Virus record (IMG/VR): IMGVR_UViG_3300046616_000431
Coordinates: 1-64,000 of that record
Direction: 5' to 3' (one strand)
DNA from: a virus
DNA: 64,000 nt
Shown here: positions 19,774 to 29,239 of the stretch, piece by piece
Layout: the number at the start of each line of letters is the position of its first letter
Numbering within the stretch: the first letter of the stretch is position 1
Position numbers and translations under genes: made by a program
Notes under the pieces: model-generated
Databases searched by the model: none
What the model was told of the DNA's origin: nothing
The model's input: only the letters and a program-made list of their open reading frames with translations

Positions 19774-22590
19774 GTGGGCATCCAGCCTGACATTCCGCAG
19801 CGCCTGACGCACCAGACGCTGGGCATGCAGCGCCTGGCCGTACACGCAGAGGACTACTGGGAGTACAAGCCCGAGCAGCGCGTCCAGACCACCGACGGCC
19901 TGCCCGGCACTGTCAAGGCCGTCCTCGACGGCCCGTACCCGGGCTCCGAGGAGTACCAGGTCGAGCTGGACAAGGGGATGGGCGGCGGCGCGTACACCGC
20001 GAGCCAGCTGCGTCCTGCAGCCGCCACCACGGCGGCCATGGAACAGACAGCGGCAGCCGACTACCCCGAGCTGTCCCAGATCCTCGTCGAGCGGCCGGAC
20101 CCGGCCGGGATGATGGTCTACGCGGCCAAGGCAGCCCCCTTCGGCGACGACGACGGCAAGGACGACGACTCCTCTGACGACGACTCCGATGACGGAGACG
20201 ACGACAGCGACGACTCGGACGACGACGGGGACGACGACGACTCGGACGACGATTCCGAGGACAAGGACGACAACACCCCGCCGTGGGTGAAGAAGGACGC
20301 CTCGGCCCTGTTCGCCTCGCTGATCACCACGGCGGCGGCCGATATAGACTTCCGGTTCCAGGTCACCGCTGCCTGGAAGGACGTCGTCGCCAAGGCCAAG
20401 CGGATCCGCTCCGAGGGCGGCGTCCGCGTCACCATGGCTTCCGACGGCCTGGTCTTCGCCGATGTCAAGGGCGACAACGAGGTCTACGAGGCGGGCCTGC
20501 AGCGGCTGCCGAACAAGCAGGCCATTCACTCCTGGTCCTGCGGCTGCAAGTGGGGCGCCTACCACTGGGGCGCCGACGACGACTTCAGCAAGTTCGCCGG
20601 GCGCATGTGCTCCCACGCACTGGCCCTGCAGTACGAGGCCCAGTCCCGGGGCATGTTCGGCCGCAACGTCGGGGTCGACGAGACCCGGCCGCACTGGGTG
20701 CCCCGCAAGGTCGTCGTGAAGTACGACATCGACGCCGACAAGAACCGCCTCGCGCCGTCCACGGCCGCCTACGACCAGAACGGCGAGTACTTCGACAGCG
20801 GATACGACGATCACGAGGAAGCCGACCGTTCCAAGCAGTGGGACGACGTCCACGAGGGCCTTGAAGGCATCCACCGAGGCATCGGTATCCACCTGCGGCC
20901 CGAGGACCACGCCGTCGTCCACGACGAGGACCGGCCGCTGCACGAGCGCGCCCAGCACCTCCTGGAGTCCATCCCCCGTAGCCATGAGGGCCAGCGCCAC
21001 GGCCCCGACGGCAACGTGGGCTGGCACTGGTCGGGCAGCGACGGCGTCGGTGAGGACTTCGCCAACACGACCTCTCACCCCTCCCACCCCGGGCCGCTTA
21101 CCGGCGTCGTCTTCCACGGTCACAAGCCCGACCGGGGCGACATCAACGAGTACCCGGACCAGAGGGAGGGGGATGTCTACGGCTACCACGACCACGGCGA
21201 GCAGGAGGTTCCCCTGCACCACGGCAGCCACGTGGGGCTGAAGGGTGTCTCCTGGAAGGACATGGGCCGGGAGGAGGACCACCCCGCTCTCGGCCACGCT
21301 CACCCCAACGGCACGCCGTCCATGTTCTTTCCCTACCTGGGGGACTTCACCCACCACACGTTCGGCGAACACGAGCCCCAGCACGTCACCGCTCTGCGCC
21401 GGGGCTACGCTCCTCTCTCCGTCGTCGCGCGCGCGGCCGTGAAGGCCGGTGAGAACCGAGCCGAGGTCAAGCTAGCCATGTACGCAGCAGGCATTCAGGC
21501 GACGGCCAGCGACGATGATGACGCGGAATGCGAAACCTGCACCGAGCCGTTCTACGACGGCCAGAGCCACGAGTGCCAGCACTGCGGCGGCGAGCACCAC
21601 ACCAACTGCTGCGACTACGACACCGGGCACACCGACTGGGACCAGGTCCACCCGCACCTGAACGGCGTGCACCGTGGATTCGCTGTCAACCTCCCCTCGA
21701 ACGTGCATTCCCAGGTCCACGACCCGCAGAAGCCTGTCCACGAGCGCGCCCATGCGTTGCTCGACTCGGTCGCCGACGGCAACGACGGCTTCGGTATGCA
21801 CTGGAGCAGCAACCCCAGCCAGGCCGAGCATTACGCCCACGTCTCACACCCGGACCGTGGCGCTGACGGCGGCCACCAGAGCACCCACGTGATGCTGCAC
21901 GCCAAAACACCGGCCCGCGATGACATCGAGACCGACCCCGACACGCTGATGGACCACCACGTCATCGGCTATGACAAGCACGACGACCATGAGGTCCCGA
22001 TCCAGCGCGGCGCCGATGTTCACATCAGCGGCATCTCGTGGAAGGAGCCTCACAAGCACGAGTGGACGCGGCACGACTTCGACAAGCCGGTCACGCACTT
22101 GGCCAACGCCGACGCCCCGTTCGGGGCGCCGTCGGGTACCTCGTACGAGCTGCCGAAGGCGCCGGGCGCGACGTCGCCGAAGATGCCGTGGGAGAACCCG
22201 GCGTCGGCGGGCAACCTCGCGGGCGCCGACCCGGTGGGCTGGAACCGCAGGCTGCCGCTGGAGTCCTACGCCTCGCTGGACGACCAGCACTCGCTGTTCG
22301 AGCCGGGCGGCACCGAGGCCACGCTGAACGAGGAGCCGGAGGGCGCGCTGCCCGAGACGGACGGCATGCAGATCCCGTCCAACGACGAGGCGCTGTCGCC
22401 GTCCATCACGGGCAGCCTGCGGCGCCAGGCGCTCAAGGACTTCACCCTCGCCGAGCGCCAGGCGCTCATCGACGAGGGAGAGGGGGTCCGGGCCGCCAAC
22501 CTGGACCTCCTGAAGATCGAGGGGACCCACTACGCCGACCTGGAGCAGATCCTGGCGGCACAGGAGGACGACACCACATGGCTGGAATGA
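19774..22590 (+). CDS. multidomain head-associated protein: acidic tract, SWIM zinc finger, two ART-like domains
   Basis: WSCGC...MCSHALAL (SWIM CxC..CxH); duplicated HRG...GxHWS...(E/D)xEV modules; GTG 19774 after GGGAGG. Confidence 0.7.
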   Translation: MGIQPDIPQRLTHQTLGMQRLAVHAEDYWEYKPEQRVQTTDGLPGTVKAVLDGPYPGSEEYQVELDKGMGGGAYTASQLRPAAATTAAMEQTAAADYPELSQILVERPDPAGMMVYAAKAAPFGDDDGKDDDSSDDDSDDGDDDSDDSDDDGDDDDSDDDSEDKDDNTPPWVKKDASALFASLITTAAADIDFRFQVTAAWKDVVAKAKRIRSEGGVRVTMASDGLVFADVKGDNEVYEAGLQRLPNKQAIHSWSCGCKWGAYHWGADDDFSKFAGRMCSHALALQYEAQSRGMFGRNVGVDETRPHWVPRKVVVKYDIDADKNRLAPSTAAYDQNGEYFDSGYDDHEEADRSKQWDDVHEGLEGIHRGIGIHLRPEDHAVVHDEDRPLHERAQHLLESIPRSHEGQRHGPDGNVGWHWSGSDGVGEDFANTTSHPSHPGPLTGVVFHGHKPDRGDINEYPDQREGDVYGYHDHGEQEVPLHHGSHVGLKGVSWKDMGREEDHPALGHAHPNGTPSMFFPYLGDFTHHTFGEHEPQHVTALRRGYAPLSVVARAAVKAGENRAEVKLAMYAAGIQATASDDDDAECETCTEPFYDGQSHECQHCGGEHHTNCCDYDTGHTDWDQVHPHLNGVHRGFAVNLPSNVHSQVHDPQKPVHERAHALLDSVADGNDGFGMHWSSNPSQAEHYAHVSHPDRGADGGHQSTHVMLHAKTPARDDIETDPDTLMDHHVIGYDKHDDHEVPIQRGADVHISGISWKEPHKHEWTRHDFDKPVTHLANADAPFGAPSGTSYELPKAPGATSPKMPWENPASAGNLAGADPVGWNRRLPLESYASLDDQHSLFEPGGTEATLNEEPEGALPETDGMQIPSNDEALSPSITGSLRRQALKDFTLAERQALIDEGEGVRAANLDLLKIEGTHYADLEQILAAQEDDTTWLE

Positions 22591-23000
22591 CCAAGGACGA
22601 CACGGAGCCGCAGCGTATCGACGAGCCTGCCGACTCTTCCGACCCCTTCGGCGGCGACAGCCAGCGCTTCACCTGGACCCGCCCCGTCACGGTCGGCCAG
22701 CTGCAGGCCGAGCTGGACGAGACGGTCGGCCCGCAGGTGCGCGTCGCGATGGTGTTCCCCCGCGACAGTGACGGCGCGGAGGTCCAGGCCGACACCGAGA
22801 ACCCGATCACGGTCTACGTGACGCCGTCCTCGGCCGATCTGGCGGCCGTGCGTCAGGTGATGGCCGCCCACCGGCCGGACCCCTACTACGGGATGTCCGA
22901 AGAGGATCGCGAGGGCGCGCAGCTCCGCGAGAAGATCATCTCCGGTGCCGACCTGACGATGGACGAGATGCAGCAGGCGCTCCGCCTGCTCATCAGCTGA
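22587..23000 (+). CDS. hypothetical protein
   Basis: ATGA overlap; GC3 bias. Confidence 0.7.
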   Translation: MTKDDTEPQRIDEPADSSDPFGGDSQRFTWTRPVTVGQLQAELDETVGPQVRVAMVFPRDSDGAEVQADTENPITVYVTPSSADLAAVRQVMAAHRPDPYYGMSEEDREGAQLREKIISGADLTMDEMQQALRLLIS

Positions 23001-23011
23001 CCGGACAACAG

Positions 23012-23047
23012 CAAAGGCCCTCTCCGCCGGTGCGGGGAGGGCCTTTG
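23012..23047. terminator. bidirectional terminator between convergent genes
   Basis: CAAAGGCCCTC ... GAGGGCCTTTG inverted repeat. Confidence 0.75.
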
Positions 23048-23057
23048 TGCTTCGGCG

Positions 23058-24350
23058 TCAGACGGTTTCGAGGCGCCGGTGGAACTTGGCCATGAGGACG
23101 GGGTTGGCCATGGCGTTGCCGATCGGCAGGAACAGGGCGGTGGTGGCCAGCGGATCGTCGGCGGGCGACAGGATCGGGCATCCCGGGTTCTCGGAGTGCG
23201 GCTCGGCGCCGGTCTTCTTGAGGTGTATGGCGGCGCGCAGCAGGTAGGCGGGGACGACATGATCGGGCAGGCCCAGCTCACGGACGGTCTCCTGGCTTTC
23301 GTCGCGCAGGCTGGCCGGGAGGTACGCCTGGAGCCGGATGGAGGCGTCGCAGATCTCGGTGACCCGGCGGTGCAGCCGCTGGTCCAGGCCGCGCCAGTTC
23401 CAGAAGTCAATGAGCGCGCGGCGTGTCTTGCAGGCCCTCTTCATCACGACCGGTGCTCGCGGGCTCAGCTTCCGGATTACCCATCGTTCCTTGTCGCTGC
23501 GGTAGACCACAGAGGGCACGGCGTAGGTGAGGGCGCTCCACATCGGCCGCAGGTCATTGATGGCTGCGTGCATCTCCATCCGGGCGGCCATCCGTTCCCA
23601 CATCGGCGCGCTGCTTCCGACGATCATGAGGAGGCCCCAGCTGCTGAGGGCGAAGGAGGAGAAGACCGAGACGAAGCCGTCGCCGCCGAGGAACGGCTTG
23701 TCGAAGAGGCGGACTACCAGGTAGCCGATCCGCAGGTTGGCGTACGTGGCGCCGATCGAGCAGCCGATGGCCATGCCGTGCATGCCGAGCTTGAAGGCGC
23801 CCTTGGCCTTCGGGTCGCGGCTGGCGGCAGCGAGCATCATGGAGGCACAGATCGTGCCGAAGGCCATGTAGACGTAGTAGAAGAGCAGGTGCAGGGAGCC
23901 CCAGAAGTGCCCGGCCTGCTGGAAGATGTAGTCCCCGCCCCCGTCCCCGTCCACGTTCCGGGAGGCCTGGGGAAACAGGATCACGCTGACAGCGACCGCT
24001 GCCCAGGTCGCGGCGCGCCGGGGACGGTTGCTGATGACCCTGCGGTACCGGGGCTCACGCTTGCCGTCCATGCGGCCGGGAACCACGGCCATGACCCACT
24101 GCAGCAGCAGCGCGACGCCCGCGAACCTGGAGATGTGCTGGGCCAGCATGATCGCATCGTCCCTGCCCGTGGCCTGCGCAACGAAGTCTGCGACGGAGCA
24201 GATCCGGGTCGCCATGGCGATGTCCATGACCACCAGGAAGGCCCAGAGGGCGCGGCTTTTGTGGTTGCGCAGTGCGGAGGGCAGGCGCCTGATGCATTCG
24301 AGGGTCAGGGCGATGACGGTGAGGGTGAAGAGATCAGGTGTGGCGGTCAC
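23058..24350 (-). CDS. multi-pass (~7 TM) membrane protein with cytoplasmic C-terminal domain, MAB_1171c-like
   Basis: about 7 hydrophobic helices; LRPMWSAL...P and RLHRRVTEICDA motifs; GTGA overlap with upstream peptidase. Confidence 0.75.
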   Translation of the reverse strand: MTATPDLFTLTVIALTLECIRRLPSALRNHKSRALWAFLVVMDIAMATRICSVADFVAQATGRDDAIMLAQHISRFAGVALLLQWVMAVVPGRMDGKREPRYRRVISNRPRRAATWAAVAVSVILFPQASRNVDGDGGGDYIFQQAGHFWGSLHLLFYYVYMAFGTICASMMLAAASRDPKAKGAFKLGMHGMAIGCSIGATYANLRIGYLVVRLFDKPFLGGDGFVSVFSSFALSSWGLLMIVGSSAPMWERMAARMEMHAAINDLRPMWSALTYAVPSVVYRSDKERWVIRKLSPRAPVVMKRACKTRRALIDFWNWRGLDQRLHRRVTEICDASIRLQAYLPASLRDESQETVRELGLPDHVVPAYLLRAAIHLKKTGAEPHSENPGCPILSPADDPLATTALFLPIGNAMANPVLMAKFHRRLETV

Positions 24351-24880
24351 CAAAACTCGTTTCGTGTATCGAGGCACTCTCTGATGTTGTCGACCAGGCT
24401 GGACCCCGGCGGGAGGGTTCGTGCCAGCCAGTCATCCGCGAAGTAGCTGAACTCTTCCGCTCGCTGCTCGCGGGGGTCGCTGAAGTCGGTCCTGCACATG
24501 CTGGAGGCCCACAGCGCCGCACTGGTGTGGCGGCAGAGGCCCTGGAGGAGCCTCATGAGGTCCTTGAGGTCGATCGGGTCGGGCTCGTCGCCGTTGACCA
24601 TGTGACCGAGTTCGTGGCTGACTATTCGGCGTTCCAGGACGCCGGTCGCTGCGGGGTGGATCCAGACGAGGTCGATGTTCCCGCTGCTGACCCACATGCC
24701 GCTCGGGCCGCTGGGAGACGCGGCCTGGGGATCACGGGTCACCACGAGGCGGTGTCCTCGCACCTGGCGGACGTACTCGCGAAGCAGAAGCTCGGGTGTC
24801 CGGGGCCCGTCAGGGAGAACGAGGTCCTGGAGGGCCTTGTTCCACTCGCTTCTGACGCCCCTGCCCCGCCTCAACTTCAC
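24347..24880 (-). CDS. IrrE/ImmA-like zinc metallopeptidase
   Basis: GPSGMW, IVSHELGH (HExxH) and REQRAEEF motifs. Confidence 0.8.
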   Translation of the reverse strand: MKLRRGRGVRSEWNKALQDLVLPDGPRTPELLLREYVRQVRGHRLVVTRDPQAASPSGPSGMWVSSGNIDLVWIHPAATGVLERRIVSHELGHMVNGDEPDPIDLKDLMRLLQGLCRHTSAALWASSMCRTDFSDPREQRAEEFSYFADDWLARTLPPGSSLVDNIRECLDTRNEFW

Positions 24881-24952
24881 CGCGCCCCCTCATGTCTCAA
24901 TCTCGCCTGTCACATACAGCAGTCAGCGTAGGCCAAAGTACTGACAGTGCAG

Positions 24953-25501
24953 TCAGGAGGGCGGCTCTTCGTCCCTGGCAATCTTGATCGCGGCCAACTG
25001 CATGTGGATCATGCCTGTGGCCGTACGGGCGTCCAGTTCGCTCGCGCCGCGCATGAGGGCCATGAGGAGCTGTCCCGCGTTCGCCGCCCCTCCCGCCTCC
25101 ATCTTCTTCTTGAGCTGGCGCACGGCGACCAGCATGTCGACCTCGTCCTCGATGGCGACGGTCTCGGGGGTGCGCTGGTCGCCCTCGAAGAAGTAGGCCG
25201 GGGAGACCTCGAAGAAGATCGCCAGGTACTGCAGGACGTCCTTGGTCGGGTTGCGCCGCTTGCCGCTGAGCAGGTCACCCATGTACTGGCGGTTCAGCAG
25301 ATCTCTTTCGTTCCGCCCCGCAGGAGGTAGTTTCTGTCGCGTGACAGAAAAGTGGTCGTCGGCGTACAACCTTGAGACCTCCTCGGCGATCTCACTGATG
25401 TCGTACTTCTCGCCATCAGGTCGACGCTTGAGGTATCGCAGGCGATGCAGCTTGTTGGCGAGCGGTCCGAGAGCGGGATCGCTCGTGGGCGCCTCTCCCA
25501 T
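24953..25501 (-). CDS. XRE/EspR-like HTH transcriptional regulator
   Basis: LANKLHRL...EIAEE...RQYMGDLLSGKRRNPT...LAIFFEVSPAYF; GGAGGGGAGG RBS before ATG 25501. Confidence 0.85.
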   Translation of the reverse strand: MGEAPTSDPALGPLANKLHRLRYLKRRPDGEKYDISEIAEEVSRLYADDHFSVTRQKLPPAGRNERDLLNRQYMGDLLSGKRRNPTKDVLQYLAIFFEVSPAYFFEGDQRTPETVAIEDEVDMLVAVRQLKKKMEAGGAANAGQLLMALMRGASELDARTATGMIHMQLAAIKIARDEEPPS

Positions 25502-25569
25502 GAGTCGCCCCTCCCCTCCATCTTGAAAAATGTCTCCGGCAGTCGCGGCAGAGTCTACCCACGATGTCG

Positions 25570-25624
25570 AGAAAGTTGACACGGGCTCGTGTTGTTGAAC
25601 TTTCTTGCGTCTGAAGTTGACACG
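25570..25624. promoter_or_regulatory. putative operator repeats upstream of HTH cassette
   Basis: AAGTTGACACG at 25573 and 25614; AGAAAGTT/AACTTTCT inverted pair; TAGACT on - strand at 25552-25557. Confidence 0.45.
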
Positions 25625-25794
25625 ACCGGAGGTACGGGACGTACGATTCCGCTCACGGAAGGCAACATTTGAGCGGGGGGTGAAGCAGAGTGGCGGCTGA
25701 GACCAGTGGGACCGCCCCGCTCGCGCTCCTGTCGGGCACCGGCCCCGCAGCGGCAAGGGGTGAGGAGATCTCTCACTCTGCCCAAGGAGTTCAG

Positions 25795-26094
25795 GTGCCT
25801 ACTCCCGCTCTCGTCCGCACGGTCGTCCCGATGGCCGTCGGCTTCGTGCTGGCGTTCCTCGCCTCGTACAACGTCCACGCCAGCGCCGAGTTCACACAGA
25901 ACCTCACCGGCCTGCTGACCGTGGTCCTCGGCGCCGCGTACTACGCGCTCGCCCACCTGCTTCAGTCTCGCTGGCCCCTCGCGGGGCTCCTTCTCGGCTC
26001 CACCGCCAGGCCGACCTACGAAGGACGCCACCGCCGCAAGGCCAGCATCAGTCCGGCGACCGCCACGTCGGACACTCCGGAGAACCAGCTGTAG
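25795..26094 (+). CDS. holin-like membrane protein
   Basis: AAGGAG RBS then GTG; RTVVPMAVG...YYALAH.L...WP..G.LLG pattern of actinophage holin-like proteins. Confidence 0.65.
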   Translation: MPTPALVRTVVPMAVGFVLAFLASYNVHASAEFTQNLTGLLTVVLGAAYYALAHLLQSRWPLAGLLLGSTARPTYEGRHRRKASISPATATSDTPENQL

Positions 26095-26127
26095 CCCGCC
26101 AACTGCCGCTGATGTAGACCGGAGGCA

Positions 26128-26177
26128 GGACCCCGGCCGACCACACTTCCCTACCCAGGAAGGTCGGCCGGGGTCCT
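26128..26177 (+). terminator. intrinsic terminator
   Basis: AGGACCCCGGCCGACC ... GGTCGGCCGGGGTCCT. Confidence 0.7.
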
Positions 26178-26479
26178 CTCATTTTGCGGCGATGGATGAG
26201 CTGTCCACATCAAGAACGGCGCTGACGACAAAAGGTAGCGGGTTCCTCACTGCGCGTCTATTTGTCGCTAAGTGGATAGGCGACTTCCGGAAACAGCTTG
26301 TCCTTACGGTAGCACCGACCTTGAAAAACCTTTGGCCACGGGTCCAGGCCTGCACCTCGCCTTCACAAACGATGCTCGCCCGTTAGTACGCATATTCACT
26401 CCATCCTGTTCAACGCCTCCTGGGACTCCACAAGGGACGAGGGCGCACCACGCGCCGCCGCCCGCACAGGAGGACCCCG

Positions 26480-29179
26480 GTGCTGAAGTTCGCCACGGCC
26501 CAGATCATCGCCGCCAGCCTCGGCGACCAGCAGCGCGTCACGAAGGCCGCCCACCGCGCCGTCTTCAGCTACGAGGCGCGGCCGGGATACCTGTACGTGC
26601 GCTCCCGGGCCATCTCCTCGCGCTGCAACGACAACTGGGACGAGTTCCCCGCCGAGGAGATCGCGAAGGCGTACGGCTCCTTCGTCGGCAAGCCGGTCTT
26701 CGTGAACCACAAGAACGACAACCACCGGCGGGCGCGCGGCGTCATCATCGACGCCGCCCTCCACGAGGACAAGAACCCCGACGGCACCCCGGACACCTGG
26801 GCCGAGGTCCTCATGGAGATCGACGCCAAGCAGTTCCCGAAGCTGGCCAAGGCGATCCTCGCCGGTCACATCGACCGGACCTCCATGGGCTGCGACGTCG
26901 AGCGCTCCGTGTGCTCCGCCTGCGGCAACGTGGCGACCACCCCGGCCGAATACTGCGCACACATCCCGGGCCTGAAGGGCAAGCGGCTCTTCCGGCACAC
27001 CGCCTCCGGCCAGCGCGTCGGCGAGCTGGTCCGCGAGACCTGCTACGGCCTGTCATTCTTCGAGAACTCGGTCCTCGTCGAGCCCCCGGCCGATCCGACG
27101 GCCCACTTCCTCGGCGTGGACTCCTCCGGCCTCGGCAAGGCCGCCGCGATCGACTTCTCCGACTACGACCACGACGGCCTGGAAGAGGACGACGACGAGG
27201 AGAACAAGCCGCACACCCCGACGCCCACGGCTCCTTCGCAGCACCCTCGTCCGGCCCAGCCGCACGTCCCGAACAACGGGACCGCGCACGACAACCAGCG
27301 ACGTCGTGACGTCGTAACGAACACGCACCCCTTCACACCGCTGAAGCCCAGCCTCAACACCCTGCAGACGACGGCCTCCCTCGAAGTCGAGGCGGCCGGA
27401 CCCCAGTACCAGAACCCGGGCGACCACCCCTGGTTCAAGGAGACCGGACTCAGCCACGAGCACGTCCTGAACCACTGGGACCAGGCCACCGACGAGGAGA
27501 AGAAGCAGGGCGCCCGCTGGTACCCGGACGCCCACCACGTCGCCAAGGCCATCGCGAAGCTGAACCCCGACATCACGGACGACAAGGAGGCCGCCCACAA
27601 GGGCGCCGGTGTCCTGTCGGCCTACAGCCCGCAGCAGAACTGGTGGGCCAACCAGCACAACGCCGCACGCTCGTTCGTCGGCAAGAAGGCCGTCGGCAAG
27701 GGCGAGGGCCTGATGGTCATGTCCTCCCACGCCAACGCCGCGCAGAAGATCCTGGACGGCGAGGACCACCAGAAGGTCCTCAAGGGCCCCAAGACCCAGG
27801 ACTTCGCCCACCTGATCGAGCACGGCGGCAACGACGAACACGGCCAGCCGTCCAAGCGCGTCGTCATCGACCGGCACGCCCTGTCCGTCGCCGCCGGACG
27901 CCGCCTGAACGCCGACGACTCCAAGGGCTTCCCCTCCAGCAACCGGCACTACTACGAGCACGCCGCCGACCAGTACCGCACGGCCGCCGCCGTCATATCC
28001 GACCGCGAGAAGCGCCACGTCCCGCCGCACGAGGTCCAGGCCGTCACCTGGCTCACCCGCCAGCGCCTGAACGCGGCCGAGGACGAAGGCTCCCCGGGCG
28101 GCAAGGGCCGCCAGACCGTGCAGCGCAACCAGCGCCAGCAGTGGAAGGACCTCGCGGGCGAGCACACCCCCCAGCTCAAGGACGACGGCAACTCGCACGT
28201 CTCCAAGCTCGTCAGCGCCGACGCCATCCTGGAGGACGGCACGATCCGCACCGTGGCGTACGGAGAGGTCAAGGCCCCGGCCGACGTCGACACCCTCCGC
28301 GAGGAAAACTGCCCCGTCTGCGGCGACAGCGACACCTACGACGGCCAGGCCTGCCAGATCTGCGGGTTCATCAGCCCGCCGACACAGTTCCGCGACCCCG
28401 ACCTCGACATGGCCAAGCGCCTCGACCTGCGCAAGCAGATCGTCGACCCCTCCCTCGTCGACAACAACGGCGAGCTGCAGCGCGTCGACCAGGACGGCAA
28501 CGCCATGCCGCAGGACCCGAACGCCGACCCCAACGCGGACCCCAACGACCCCGACGCGCAGGCCGACCCCAACGACCCGAACGCGCAGATGGTCGACCCG
28601 GACCAGCTCGACGAGAACGGCCTGCCGCCGTCCCCGTACGGAGACCAGGCCCTCGACGGCACCCAGCAGGGCCCCAGCCAGTCCGACCGCAACGGCGACG
28701 GCATGATCCAGCCCAACGAGATCGACATGGACGGCAACGCCAACGTCCAGCAGCAGGTCGACCCGGAGATGGGCGGCCAGGCCGGACCCCGCGAACTGCC
28801 CGGCTGGGGCAAGGACCGCACCGGCGACGCCTTCACCCCCGGCCCCGACATGCCCTACCGCCCCGACGAGCCGGGCAACCCCAACGACGTCCTCGGCCAG
28901 GACGACGACGACCGCAACCCGATGGGCATGCCGACCCCGGCCCCCATGATGGGCCGCCCCGGCGACGGCATCCCGGACCTGATGTGCGGCAACTGCGGCT
29001 TCGCAGCCGACGCCACCCCGCCCCAGACCCAGAACATGGGCGACCCCATGGCGGCCACCGACGGCGTACTCGACGGCGACGTCTGCCCCAGCTGCCAGCG
29101 CGGCCAGCTCCTGACCCCCGGCGAGATCAACTCGAACTATTCCAAGGCACCTGCTGTCGAGCACCCCGCATACAGCTGA
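26480..29179 (+). CDS. capsid maturation (prohead) protease with inserted HhH-like domain and C-terminal zinc-ribbon/low-complexity region
   Basis: KPVFVNH, TSMGC and FFENSVLVEPPADPTA match HK97/assemblin-type protease His/Ser/Glu motifs; upstream of scaffold and capsid. Confidence 0.8.
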   Translation: MLKFATAQIIAASLGDQQRVTKAAHRAVFSYEARPGYLYVRSRAISSRCNDNWDEFPAEEIAKAYGSFVGKPVFVNHKNDNHRRARGVIIDAALHEDKNPDGTPDTWAEVLMEIDAKQFPKLAKAILAGHIDRTSMGCDVERSVCSACGNVATTPAEYCAHIPGLKGKRLFRHTASGQRVGELVRETCYGLSFFENSVLVEPPADPTAHFLGVDSSGLGKAAAIDFSDYDHDGLEEDDDEENKPHTPTPTAPSQHPRPAQPHVPNNGTAHDNQRRRDVVTNTHPFTPLKPSLNTLQTTASLEVEAAGPQYQNPGDHPWFKETGLSHEHVLNHWDQATDEEKKQGARWYPDAHHVAKAIAKLNPDITDDKEAAHKGAGVLSAYSPQQNWWANQHNAARSFVGKKAVGKGEGLMVMSSHANAAQKILDGEDHQKVLKGPKTQDFAHLIEHGGNDEHGQPSKRVVIDRHALSVAAGRRLNADDSKGFPSSNRHYYEHAADQYRTAAAVISDREKRHVPPHEVQAVTWLTRQRLNAAEDEGSPGGKGRQTVQRNQRQQWKDLAGEHTPQLKDDGNSHVSKLVSADAILEDGTIRTVAYGEVKAPADVDTLREENCPVCGDSDTYDGQACQICGFISPPTQFRDPDLDMAKRLDLRKQIVDPSLVDNNGELQRVDQDGNAMPQDPNADPNADPNDPDAQADPNDPNAQMVDPDQLDENGLPPSPYGDQALDGTQQGPSQSDRNGDGMIQPNEIDMDGNANVQQQVDPEMGGQAGPRELPGWGKDRTGDAFTPGPDMPYRPDEPGNPNDVLGQDDDDRNPMGMPTPAPMMGRPGDGIPDLMCGNCGFAADATPPQTQNMGDPMAATDGVLDGDVCPSCQRGQLLTPGEINSNYSKAPAVEHPAYS

Positions 29180-29239
29180 CAAGGGGTGAAGAACCGCCCA
29201 CGGCGCCCGCCGTGAGCCCGCCTCAGAAGGAGTCCCAGT

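Noticed and set aside
20146-20272. GAC-rich simple repeat as a DNA-level element
   Set aside because: Explained as an in-frame poly-Asp/Ser acidic linker.
26192-26386. 64-aa ORF in a lower-GC intergenic stretch
   Set aside because: No RBS and poor GC3 bias; may be a degenerate remnant but cannot be supported.
27130-28260. Intein in the prohead protease
   Set aside because: No N-terminal Cys/Ser block or C-terminal His-Asn followed by Cys/Ser/Thr, and no LAGLIDADG motifs.
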